A stretch of DNA of 50,593 bases. Source: a virus (lineage: Duplodnaviria; Caudoviricetes). The DNA is taken from IMG/VR virus record IMGVR_UViG_3300046374_000030, positions 1-50,593 of that record. One strand, 5' to 3'. The notes below the pieces were generated by a model that was not told the DNA's origin, did no database searches, and worked only from the letters and a program-made list of their open reading frames with translations. A program made the translations under genes and the position numbers. This document shows, one piece after another, positions 34,724-45,200 of this stretch. Position 1 is the first letter of the stretch; every line of letters begins with the position of its first letter.

Positions 34724-35184
34724 TGCCCACCGTGCCGTGGCCCGCGCACCCGTTCACCACCACGCCGTGGCAGTGCGTGCACATCGTGCGCTGGGAGGAC
34801 ACCACGCAGAAAGACGACCACGGCAATTACCCGGTGATCGACGACCCGCCGGTGATCCGCAACTTCTATGACATCTCCCAGTTCGGCCGGCGCGGCTCCA
34901 GCCACCTGATCATGGGCCCGGAGTTTCAGGAACGCGCCGAGACGATCCTGCACATGAGCGTCCCCAACCCGACTCTTTACCAGTCGGGTGATCAGATCAT
35001 CCTGTTCGCTGAGCTGGACAAGGACGCCGACGGCAATTACAGCTACTCGCCGTTCACCGACGACGGGCAGCCCAACGGCGTCGCCTACTTCGTCGACGGC
35101 GATCCGCCCGAGGACCGCATGAGCCCGTGGCCCCGGTTGACCATGCAGTTCGGCGGCGTCGTCAAAATCAGGAGGGTGACATGA
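34723..35184 (+). CDS. Head-to-tail stopper
   Basis: DDHGN, VDGDP, ...VKIRRVT end and position. Confidence 0.7.
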   Translation: MPTVPWPAHPFTTTPWQCVHIVRWEDTTQKDDHGNYPVIDDPPVIRNFYDISQFGRRGSSHLIMGPEFQERAETILHMSVPNPTLYQSGDQIILFAELDKDADGNYSYSPFTDDGQPNGVAYFVDGDPPEDRMSPWPRLTMQFGGVVKIRRVT

Positions 35185-35762
35185 CTGGCCCGCACTGGGG
35201 CAGCGGTGAATCCGCCTACGATCCGCACGAAGAGCCGCACTACTACACCGCCGACGAAGGCGAAATCGTCCTGGCGCATGAGGGCGAGCTTGAGCTCGAA
35301 CAGCGGTCCGACGAATCCATGCCGCCGTTCTTCGATCTGGGCGGCGGCATCTACCTGCGGATCAACCGCGAATGGTTCCGCAAGCTCATGCACACCCCCG
35401 AAATCACCGCGGAGGTCGACCGCCGCTGCGAGGCGATCGCCACCGCGGCAAACGGCATCGCCGTCAAAGAGGGCGCCGAGTACGTCTACCAGGTGTCCAA
35501 CAACGAGAACAACATCCGCGCCCGCGGCCGGGTGAAACCCGGCAATGAGGCCGCCAGAATCGACGACGACCTCAACTCCACCCTGCTCAAGGCGTTGGGC
35601 ACGGTCGGCTCCGATCCGCTGCCGGCGCAATACTTCTCCGGCGACGACGTCTACGAGCGTTACCTGACCCAACACGACGAGTTCCACAGCGAGCTCGCCG
35701 AAACAGGCGGGCAGTCCCAAGGCATGGAGGAATACCTCGATCAATTGGCGATCGAAGAATGA
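35181..35762 (+). CDS. Neck/tail-completion protein
   Basis: FRKLM..PEI, RARGRV, TLLKAL pattern and position. Confidence 0.65.
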   Translation: MTGPHWGSGESAYDPHEEPHYYTADEGEIVLAHEGELELEQRSDESMPPFFDLGGGIYLRINREWFRKLMHTPEITAEVDRRCEAIATAANGIAVKEGAEYVYQVSNNENNIRARGRVKPGNEAARIDDDLNSTLLKALGTVGSDPLPAQYFSGDDVYERYLTQHDEFHSELAETGGQSQGMEEYLDQLAIEE

Positions 35763-36337
35763 GCACCCCAGTCTCGCCCAGCCAAATACGCACCTATCAG
35801 ACGGTGCGGCCACCGCCGACCGAACTGCTCGCGCTGGCCTACTTCACCCCGCTGGTCGCGCCCACCCCGGTCGCGACCCGCGTCCCGAAACCGGCCAACA
35901 CCGAGGACACCATCAACGGATTTTTGCGGGTGGAGGCCGGCGGCGGGGTGCTGCGCGGCGACGGCATCCTGTGGGACGTGTCCTGCATCCTGCACGCCTA
36001 CGCCAACAACACGCAGGAGGCGATGGCTGAGCAGCTCGGTGAGGAAGCCGTCGCGTGGGGCGCCAACTTCACCGGCAGCTCGGTGCAGATGGCCAACGGC
36101 GACGTCTGGTATTGCACCTACGCACGCTGCTCCGGCTGGAATCTGCGTAAGGCTGATCCGCTGGTGCCGATGACCCGGTATCGCAGCATGGTCACCTGGC
36201 GCATCCCCGGCCTGCCGATCATCCCCGGGCAACGCTTCCGGCGCATCGTGTCGCCTGAGCAGATCGTGGATCAGAACGTGGTGGCACAACAGCAGGCGCA
36301 GGCCGCGGCGGCGCCCAGACCCAGCCGGCGGCGCTGA
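35759..36337 (+). CDS. Tail terminator
   Basis: VATRVP, FLRVEAGGG, DP...RY motifs and position. Confidence 0.7.
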   Translation: MSTPVSPSQIRTYQTVRPPPTELLALAYFTPLVAPTPVATRVPKPANTEDTINGFLRVEAGGGVLRGDGILWDVSCILHAYANNTQEAMAEQLGEEAVAWGANFTGSSVQMANGDVWYCTYARCSGWNLRKADPLVPMTRYRSMVTWRIPGLPIIPGQRFRRIVSPEQIVDQNVVAQQQAQAAAAPRPSRRR

Positions 36338-36765
36338 TGATCGACACGGTGGTCCTCGACCTGGACGGCACGCTGCGGGACTGGGACGGCTCCATCATCC
36401 GCAAAGGCCTGGCCTTCGCCGAGAAACATCACCAGCTGGGCCACGCGCTGGCCGTCGTCACCCTGGCCGCCGAACCCGACGCGGAGGGGTGGCTCGCGGC
36501 CAATTTCGAGCTGCCGTTCCTGGGGCCGTTCTGCCGACCGCCGGGTGATCCCCGCGCGCCGGCGCTGTTCAAATACGACGTGGCGGTCGACCTGCTGAAA
36601 GCCGACTTCAACGTGGTGGGCGCCGCCGAGGACGACCCGAAGGTGATGTGGATGTGGCAACGCTGGGCACGCTGGTACAACAGCCATACCAGCCCCGCCA
36701 CGTTTGACCTGCTGAAAGTCACGTTCAGCCGTAGACGATCACCCGGGGGCAGTTTCGTCACGTGA
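36337..36765 (+). CDS. HAD-family (PNKP-type) phosphatase
   Basis: Motif I VLDLDGTL, motif II T, motif III K, motif IV EDD. Confidence 0.75.
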   Translation: MIDTVVLDLDGTLRDWDGSIIRKGLAFAEKHHQLGHALAVVTLAAEPDAEGWLAANFELPFLGPFCRPPGDPRAPALFKYDVAVDLLKADFNVVGAAEDDPKVMWMWQRWARWYNSHTSPATFDLLKVTFSRRRSPGGSFVT

Positions 36766-36804
36766 CGCTCCACAGGAGATTCCACAGATCAACCGGAAGG
36801 AAAA

Positions 36805-37149
36805 GTGATGGCCCAGCAGATTCCCGTCGCGGTCGCCGCCGAGGAAGGCTACGTCACCTACAGCGGCGTCACCCTCGGCGCGCCCGGCTCGCAGGACACA
36901 CTGGTCAACCTGGCCGTCGTCAAAGTTGAGGAGCTGACCGGCGGCACGGTACTCGACGAGCCGGGACAAGCCGAGATGCTGGTGGACGCGGCCGGGAAAG
37001 TCTACGAGGTCGAGATCGCCGCGCTGAAGCCGCCGCAGGGTCCGACCCGCAAATACGTGCTGATCGGTCGGCTGGTGCGGGACGGGACCGCGCCGCCCAG
37101 CGAGCCGCCAGCGGAGGAAACCTCGGAGGAAACCCCCGAACACCATTAG
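36805..37149 (+). CDS. Hypothetical protein
   Basis: GGAAGGA RBS, 114 aa. Confidence 0.7.
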   Translation: MMAQQIPVAVAAEEGYVTYSGVTLGAPGSQDTLVNLAVVKVEELTGGTVLDEPGQAEMLVDAAGKVYEVEIAALKPPQGPTRKYVLIGRLVRDGTAPPSEPPAEETSEETPEHH

Positions 37150-37170
37150 GTGTCCACGGATGGACACCTA
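37147..37170. promoter_or_regulatory. Palindrome between convergent genes (operator or bidirectional terminator)
   Basis: TAGGTGTCCA-CGGA-TGGACACCTA. Confidence 0.55.
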
Positions 37171-37542
37171 GCGCAGTTCTAGGTGGTCGGGCCGCACGCA
37201 CAGCCTGTTGCGGCACGTCTGGATCACCTTCGCTTTCGGCGGGATCGGACCGTAGGCGCGCTCCCAGGCGTAGCGGTGCACATAGATGAACCGATGACCC
37301 GTCACGAGCGCGCCAAAACCGCTCGGCTTGTGGACGTATCCCATCCAGATGTAGCAGGGGCCGGGACCGAGGCGCACACGGTCGATGAATCGCTCCTCGA
37401 GTGTGGCTTTGCGGCCCATCCTCCCGCTCGGCCCGGTACCTGCGAATCGCAGCCAGCGTTTGTAGTGCATCCAGCACAAGCCGCGCCGCGCCGGCGGATA
37501 CGGGCACACCCCGATCGCGCACCGCAGCTCGCTGACCTGCAC
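37168..37542 (-). CDS. HNH_3-type endonuclease, possibly inactive
   Basis: GLCWMHYKRW, CYIWMG, HRYAWERAYGPIP, VIQTCRNRLCVRPDHL; GTG start inferred. Confidence 0.75.
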   Translation of the reverse strand: MQVSELRCAIGVCPYPPARRGLCWMHYKRWLRFAGTGPSGRMGRKATLEERFIDRVRLGPGPCYIWMGYVHKPSGFGALVTGHRFIYVHRYAWERAYGPIPPKAKVIQTCRNRLCVRPDHLELR

Positions 37543-37588
37543 GGTAATACACAAGTCTCGTTTGCCGATCCTGCTCGGGATTTTCGCG

Positions 37589-37627
37589 GCGTGTCGCGCC
37601 TGTCCACGGAAAACCTGGTGCGACTTT
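37589..37627 (+). promoter_or_regulatory. Candidate late promoter upstream of the major tail gene
   Basis: GCGTGTCGCGCC...CCACGGAAAAC-N7-GACTTT. Confidence 0.6.
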
Positions 37628-37672
37628 CTGCTCGTCATCACCCGATCTATTCCATCGAGCAGGAGGAATCCG

Positions 37673-38278
37673 ATGACGACTGTTTTGCCCCCCATTCTCG
37701 AGGCCGAAGTCCAGGAGGTCGCAGCCCCGTATCCCAAGGTGACCGGCGGCGTGCTGACGGCCCCTCTCGGGACCGTGCTGCCCAAGGATGCGACGAGTGC
37801 GTTGGACCCGGCGTTCATCACGCTGGGACGCGTTTCTGTGGACGGTGTGGACCGCACCGAGGAACGCCCGAACACCGAGGTGAATGACTGGGGCGGTGAC
37901 CTGGTCGCGATCCTGCAGGACAAGTACGGCTTGACGATCAAGTTCAAGTTGATGCAGATGATGAACGCCGACGTGCAGCGCGCTGCGCACGGCGCGCCGA
38001 ACATCACGGTGGGTCCGTCGCCGAATCCGGCCACCCCGAACGCGACGCTGATCAGCGCGAAGCTGAACCGTGAGCTGCTGCCGTATCAGTCGTGGGTGAT
38101 CGACGCCTACTACCTGGCGATGAACATGCGGCTGGTGGTGCCGACTGGTCGTATCACTTTGGTGGGTCCGCTGAAGTGGGTGCACAAGGAGTTGGCGATG
38201 TTCGATCTGACGTTGCGGCCGTTCCCCGACGCCGCCAACAACCACGCGTACGAGTACTGGGACGACGGCGCCGCATGA
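37673..38278 (+). CDS. Major tail protein
   Basis: AGGAGG RBS; APLGTVLP, LG.VS.DGV, WGGD, PD..NH.YEY.DDG. Confidence 0.9.
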   Translation: MTTVLPPILEAEVQEVAAPYPKVTGGVLTAPLGTVLPKDATSALDPAFITLGRVSVDGVDRTEERPNTEVNDWGGDLVAILQDKYGLTIKFKLMQMMNADVQRAAHGAPNITVGPSPNPATPNATLISAKLNRELLPYQSWVIDAYYLAMNMRLVVPTGRITLVGPLKWVHKELAMFDLTLRPFPDAANNHAYEYWDDGAA

Positions 38279-38835
38279 CAACGACGACGAGACGTAAGCC
38301 CGTGCCCCGCAAAGGCACGGCACCGCGTAGGGCGGCGGCGAAGCGGGTAGGTGCCAACGGTTCGGCGCAGCCGAGCGGTTCGCCGCCTGTTCCGGCGTTT
38401 GATCCGTCGCCCGCCGCGCCGGGGACGCGCAGCGGTTTTGAGCCGGCGCCGCCGGAGGAGTTCATTCCGACGACGGTGCCGGAGGCTCCTAAGCCGCCGC
38501 CGGTGAATCCGCCGGACACTCCGCCTCACCCGTATGGGGAGAACACGCTGGTGTTCGTGTTTCACCCGAAGCCGGGCAGTAAAGCTGGGGATGCGCCGAT
38601 CGTGTTCCCGCACATCACCACCATCCGGCCCGATTATCACTTCATGTGGAAGCTGCGGAAGCTGGATCAGATCCAGCAGAGCTTCGAGTGGATGGACATG
38701 GCGAAGGTGCCTGACGAGATTCAGGAGCGGGTGACGCTGCTCTCCGATGGCGATCAGGGCGATTTCTTCTTGGCGTGGTTCAGCCCGGCTGTGACGCCGG
38801 CGAAGTTGGAGGTAGGTCTGCCGGGGGAATCCTGA
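38275..38835 (+). CDS. Tail assembly chaperone (short form)
   Basis: Position; ends ...PGES* on the slippery sequence GGGGGAA. Confidence 0.8.
   Translation: MTTTTRRKPVPRKGTAPRRAAAKRVGANGSAQPSGSPPVPAFDPSPAAPGTRSGFEPAPPEEFIPTTVPEAPKPPPVNPPDTPPHPYGENTLVFVFHPKPGSKAGDAPIVFPHITTIRPDYHFMWKLRKLDQIQQSFEWMDMAKVPDEIQERVTLLSDGDQGDFFLAWFSPAVTPAKLEVGLPGES
38823..38829 (+). other. Programmed -1 frameshift site GGGGGAA
   Basis: Slippery heptamer before the stop; the -1 frame stays open to 39254. Confidence 0.8.
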
Positions 38836-39254
38836 CGCTGGCACGCGTGGTGGGCGAGTGCTGGCACGCCCTGGCGAGGGACGTGATCGCATTGGGTTAC
38901 CGGCGCCAGGACATGTTCACCACGTTGGATCTGTCGGACATGATCTCGATTGTGGTGGGCGCCCCGCCCACCAGCAGTGTGCGGTACTTCCTGGATGGGG
39001 GCTGGTCGAAAGAGGCGCATCTGCTGGCGAACCTGCAGGAGCAGCGCGCCGGGATTGGTGAGCTGACCGAGCCTTATCCGCGGCCGGGAGTCGAGGCGCG
39101 CCCGTCCGATCCGATGGAGGGTGCGGGGTTCTTCCCGATGCAGGCGATGAGCTGGGAGGAAGCCGACAAGCGCGACGCGGAGCGGTACGCGGCGAACAAG
39201 CCTAAAGGCCGCAGCCGCAGCAGAACCTACTCAGCGAACGGGATGATCTCGTGA
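38829..39254 (+). CDS. Tail assembly chaperone, frameshifted C-terminal part (long form 38275..39254)
   Basis: AL..D...GY, WS....LLANL, YPRPG motifs. Confidence 0.8.
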   Translation: MLTLARVVGECWHALARDVIALGYRRQDMFTTLDLSDMISIVVGAPPTSSVRYFLDGGWSKEAHLLANLQEQRAGIGELTEPYPRPGVEARPSDPMEGAGFFPMQAMSWEEADKRDAERYAANKPKGRSRSRTYSANGMIS

Positions 39255-42200
39255 GCGCGCCGGGTGCCGGGCAGGGCATTTCCTGGGTTGACGTCGCGGC
39301 GTCGGCGGCCGGCATCTTCTCGGAGATGCAGGCGATCGGTGAGCAGGCCGCGGGCGGCTTGGCGCGGGGGATGCAGTCGCGGCTGCCGGGGGCGTTGACG
39401 CCGGTTGTTCAGGGCGCGGTCGCGGGTGCGGTGGAGGGCGCCATCGGCGGCGGTATCGGCGCGGTGCTGGAGCAGAAGTTCGGGGCGGAAGTCGTCCGCG
39501 CGATGGCGAACGTGGGCCCGACTTTGCGGGCCGCGTGGGCGAAAGAGATGCAGGGCGCGATGTCCGCCGGCGGCGGGCTGATTTTGCCGGCGGGCGTCGC
39601 TGAGGATATCGCCCGTAACTTCAGCGCGAGGGTCGGCGCGACGATGCGCGCGACGATGAGCAAGGAGATGCGGGAGGCGTTCAACGCCGCCGAAGCTGCA
39701 GCCGCTGCTGAGGCGGCGGGGACGGCGATCGCCGGGGGATTCGCCAAGGGCGTCGGCAGCATCAGGCAGACGATTCAGACGCTGTTCGGTGGTGGGCTTC
39801 AGACGGCGGCGACCGAGGCGCAGGCGCTGGAGGCCGGGCAGCGGATCGGGCGGGCCGTCACCGGCGGGCTCAAGCAGACGTTGGCTGAGATGTCCGGTGC
39901 CGGCGGTTGGCTGGACACCAAGCAGTTCGAGGTCGCCGCCGCTGATCTGCAGACCCGGATGATGCAGTTCAGGCAATCCATGCAGGCGGCGCAGGCCGGG
40001 ACAGCCGCGGCCGGTGAAGCCGAGTGGGCGCGGATGCGCATGGCCGCCGACGACGCGGCGCAGGGCTCGCTGAGCGCCGAAACAGCGGCGCAGGCGGCGA
40101 TACAGGCTGTTTACGCGCGGACGGCTGCGTGGAAGCTGGCCGCGGACCGCGTGACTGCGGAAGCAACGATGCGGGGCCTGAGGAACATGGTCGCGGCCGA
40201 GGCCGCGGCCCAGGCGGAAATCACCGCAGCGCGTGAAGCAGCGCAGGCGGCAAACGCCGCGGCTGCGGAGAAATGGGCAGCAGTCCAGGCCGCGTCGGCG
40301 GCGCGGATCGCGGCCGAGCAGAAAAAAATCTTCGAGTTCACCAAGCTCGGCGGGATCGCCGACCAGGTGGGGCCCACATTCCAGGAGGCCGGCCGGTTCG
40401 GGGCCGAAGCGATGGGCCAAGGCTTCCAGGCTCATCTCGCGCAGATAGCGCAAAAGTTCGTGCCGGTCGCGCTGCGGCCGGCGGTGCGGCAGTTCTTCGG
40501 CCAGACCGGTAGAGAAGCCGGGAGCACGTTCACGGGCGAGTTCAACCTCAACGCCGAGTTCAAGGGCATCAAATACTTGAAGGGCTGGGACCGCTTCGCC
40601 GGGGAGGGCGCGGCGGAGGCGGCCAACGCTGCCGGCAAGATGTCGATGGCGATGAAGGCGGGCCTGGCCGGGCTGGCGGTCATCGCCGCCGACGTCCTTG
40701 TCAGCGGCGTCAGAAACGCTTTCAAGCTGGTGGAGACTGAGGTTAGCCAGTTCGCCAAAGTCGGCGAGGACGCGGCCCACGCCCTGCTGGGCGGGTTCAA
40801 AGCGATCGCCAATGGTGAGATGCCCGACATTCAGAGCATCTTCACGGTGGGGCTGGAAGGCATCAAGGCCGGGATGGATCTGCCGCTGAACGCGATCCAG
40901 GGCGGCTTGCAAGCGGCTGTCGGGTGGATTCCGATCTTCGGCAGCGCGATCACCGGGGCGGTCGCGCAGGTCCAGTCCGCGTTGGGCGGGCTGTTCAGCG
41001 GAATCCAGTCATACATGGGCATCGCCGGCGAGTTCGGCAGCATTCTGCTCGACATCGGCAACAAGTGGCAGGAGGCCGCCCGTACCATCGCCGGGCAGAC
41101 GCTGGGGGTCGACAAACTCGAGGGCTACCTGGGTGTGGTGAAAGACGTCGCCGCCTCCGGCGACCTGGTGCACTTCAAAGACGTCGCCGCGGTGGTCGGC
41201 GAGCTGAGCCAACGACTGTCTGGGCTCAACAACGGCGCGGGGGTGACCCGCGAGCAGGTGACCGAGCTGGCGACCACGTTGGCGATGGGCAACGAGCTGC
41301 TCGGCGACACCAAGATCAACGTCGACAACCTGACCGCCGCGTTCAACAGCTTCGACGTGCCCGCCGAGAAGACCAACCAGGTGCTCACCGAGTTCATCAA
41401 CATAGCGCGGATGACCGGGGCGGACATCAACGATCTGACCGCCGACATCGACACCATCTCGCCGGCGTTGCAGGCGCTGGGCCTGGGCGGCGAGCAAGCG
41501 GCGATGCTGATGGGCCTGATCAACGAGGAGCTGGGCAAGCCGGCGATGGGCCGGTTCTCCTATTCGCTGGCGCGGCTGCCCGAGCAGCTGAGCAAAGCGG
41601 GCATGGATTACAACACGTTCGTCTCCGTCATCCAGGGCTACACCAAGTCGATCAACGAGGCTGGCAGCGAGACTGAGAAAAACGCGATCAAGATGGCGGC
41701 GATCGACTACGCGCAGCCGTTCCTGGGTTCGGCGAAAGCCGCCGAAAACTACATCGACATGATCCGCAAAGGCATCATCCCCACCCAGGAGGCGATGACG
41801 GCCTACATGCGTGAGCATGGGGATGCGCTGTCCGACCCGATCAAAGCCGCGCTGGATGTCACCGCGAAGCTCGGCGACAAACTCGAGCAGTTGTCCAACC
41901 AGGTGCAGGCCGCGCTGCTGCCGCTGGGTGAGGGGGTGCTCGAGAAGCTCAGCAAGGCGGGCGACGGCATATCCGCGTGGCTGCAGAAACATCAGGTCGA
42001 GTTCATCGGCTGGGTCGGGGCGATCGGCGAGAAGCTGCTGGACTGGGGCGCCAAGATCGCCCATTTCCTGGCCTCCATGATGCGCGACATGGCCGGCATG
42101 ATCGAGTTCTTCAAGAACGTGGTCGTGGGCGTGCTCGCCTTCGTCGACGAACAGATTTTCCAGTTCACCCTCCCCTGGATGGCGCTGCCCGACGAGTTCC

Positions 42201-45200
42201 CGATGGCCAAGGCCATGAAGGGCCTCAACAAAGCCACCCGCGACGCGATGCCCGCCCTGGGGGAGATGGCCCGGTTCCGTCTGGACAAAACCTTCGAGGC
42301 GGGCGCCGACGCCCTCGACACGATGGGCAACAAGATTTCGGGGATGAGCGAGGGCCTGGCCCATCTCGTCGCCACCAGCCAGGACGCGGCGGCGTTCTGG
42401 CAGGCCGGGCGCGCCGAGTTCGGCAAAGTGAAGATGGACCCGAAGGACATGACCAAGCCGCTGATCGAGGGCGGCGAGATTCAGCGTGAGGCGGCCGCGC
42501 TCAACGACGCGCTGTCCGGTGCCATAGATCCGAACATGTTCGGCGCGAAGGGCTTAACGATCGACCCCACCGCCTGGGATCAGGTCGTGGCGCAGTACCA
42601 CGACAGAGGCATCCAGATCATCGGTGACAAGACCACCGGGCAGATCCGGCAGATCAAGGCTAATTCGCAGAAGGAACTGGACGACTTCGTCAAGTACCTT
42701 AACGAGCGGTTCCAGCCCGACATGTTCGCGAAGTACGCCGCCGCCGGCGCGGTGTCGTTCAAGGTCGAGCCGATGGAGGGTAAATCCGCGGCGGAGTGGC
42801 TGCACGACAACGTCGGCTTGCCCTCGGAGCTGGCCGGCACGGTCGGCCCCGACGGGGTGATCCGCCCCAAGATTCAACTGCAGAATGTGCCGCCGCAGCT
42901 TCAGGGGGTTATGAGCGGGACGCCCGGGGTGACCACCACCACGGCGCCGGAGGAGGACAAGCCCAAGCCGCCCGGCGGCAACTGGTTCCAAGAAGCTTTG
43001 GGCTGGTTGATTTCTCCCCTGGGCATGGCGCTGGGCAGCTTCCAGTACGGCGGCACCGTCGCCGGCCCGGGCGGCACCGACAATGTGCTGATCCGGGCGA
43101 CCGCCGGCGAGAAGGTGATGAGCCTGGGCGCCTCGCAGCGGTTCGGCCAGGTGCTGGACGCGATGAACCTGCAAGCGTTCGCCAACGGCGGCACGGTGCT
43201 GGACCAGGCGGGTATCCCCGCCTCCATGCAGGCCGGTTCCGGTGCTGTCGGGGCTATCGCGCTGCCCGCCGGGATCAACGTGATCACCCCGCAGCCGATG
43301 AGCGTGAGCGACACCCTGGTCAACGCCGGGATACCCGACAGACTGCAGGGCGACGTTCAGCAGGCCGGTGTCACCGAGACCGGTGTGTCGCTGCCCACCA
43401 ACCTGTCCGTCAAAGAAGCGAGCCGCAAAGACGCCGGCGATGTGATGACCGCAGTCGGCATCCCCGACAAGATGCAGAGCGGCGACGGTGTGCAGATCGA
43501 CGTCAAATTCAACGTCGTCCCCGGCCAGCAGCTGCAGCTGGGCGACGCCAATGTGCCGCCACCGGGCAGCGGGCCTGTGACAAACCAGGTGTTTCAGGCG
43601 ATGAAAGAGGGCGGTTTCCCCGACAGCGAATGGGGGCCGCTGTACAACCTGATCCAGGGCGAGTCGAGCTGGAACCCGATGGCCGACAACCCGTCGTCGC
43701 ACGCGTTCGGGTTGTTCCAGTTCCTGGGTCACCAGCACGACAAGTACGGCCAGATGGGCGGCTACTCCACTAACCCGTACCAGCAGGCCCACGCCGGCAT
43801 CCAGTACATCAAAGATGTTTACGGCTCCCCCACCAGCGCCTACCAGACTTGGCTTTCTCGCAGCCCGCACTGGTACCAGAAGGGCGGCCGGGTCGGACTC
43901 AAGGAGGACAAGCCTGTTCCGTCTGTGGGGGGCAAGGGCTACAGCTTCCTGGGCTTCGCCGGCGGCGGCGACAGCAGCGATCCGCACCACATGGGCAGCG
44001 GGGCGCAGTGGTACGCCGACGCGTTCAAGAAGCTGAAGAAGTTCTTCGGCTTCGCGGCCGGCGGCAGCCCGACCGGGGATGTGCCTCAGCCGTGGCCGTG
44101 GCCCGGTCTGCATCCAGGTCCCACGCCGGGCGGGCCGCCCGGTGCGCCGAGCGTGCCGGGCAGCAAGCTCTTCCCGTGGTCGAAGGAGCCGTTCTTCCCG
44201 CAGCTGCCCGACTACCATGACCCGACGCAACCGAATGTGCCGCCGCCGCAGTATTGGCAGGACTGGCCGCCGCACATCGGCTTCGGGCCGATCCCCCGCG
44301 CCGGCGGCGGGGCGACGGCGTCGTTGTCGTATCACTCCGAAAGCCACCTCGCACCGCATGTCGGGCTGCCGGTGTCCAAGACCAGCGTGTGGTCACACAT
44401 GTTGGGCGGCGGCCTGCTGGGCTTCAACGGCGGCGGCCAGGCAGGGCATCCGCTGTTCACGTCTGAGGGCCCCGAGTTTTACGCCGCGGCGTACGCGCAC
44501 AACCGGCCGTGGGCGAAGGCGTCGGGCACCAACTATCAGACGGTGCTCTCCCCCGAGGATGAGCAGGAATTTATCGCGTGGGTGAAGTCCGGCAAGCATC
44601 CGTTCTTTGACTGCGAAGCCAAGACCGTCGACTACGACATGCGCGGCTACTGGCGCTCCGGCGGCCGGCGCACCGAGCCGCACTGGCCCGACACCTACAA
44701 AACCCCTTACGACACAAGCTTTTCCGCGGAGTCGCGGTACGCGATCCCGGGCACCCCGTTCAAGTGGCAGGGCGACATCCTCGTCGACACCCGCGACGGG
44801 TCGGTGGTGTTCCAGGCGCTGGCTGAGGGTGGCGGTGCGCGGGCGTCGCTGTCGTATCACTCCGAAAGTCACCTGGCGCCGCATGTGGGGCTGCCGGTGT
44901 CCAAGTCCAGCGTGTGGTCGCACATGGCCAACGGCGGGCTGCTGCCCGGGCCGGGCGGCGGGCCGGGCGGAGCGGCGATACCTGGGCTGCCGCCCAACGC
45001 ATCGGCCATTGTGGCGCCGGCCGCCCCGTACAGCGGCGGAACCCTGGAAACCCACAGCGCCGTCTACAAGGCGTTTCGGGAGGCCGGCTTCAGCGACGCG
45101 CAGTGGGGCGCGCTGGTGCAGCTATGCAACCACGAGAACGACACCTGGGACCCCAACCGCGGCACGATGGGACCCGACTCCGACGCCAAAGGCATCTTCC

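Noticed and set aside
37543-38034. N-terminal extension of the HNH ORF to 38034
   Set aside because: It overlaps the major tail gene in antisense; HNH-like sequence starts only near 37542.
38823-38829. Chaperone -1 frameshift as a novelty
   Set aside because: A well-known feature of long-tailed phages; listed as a feature only.
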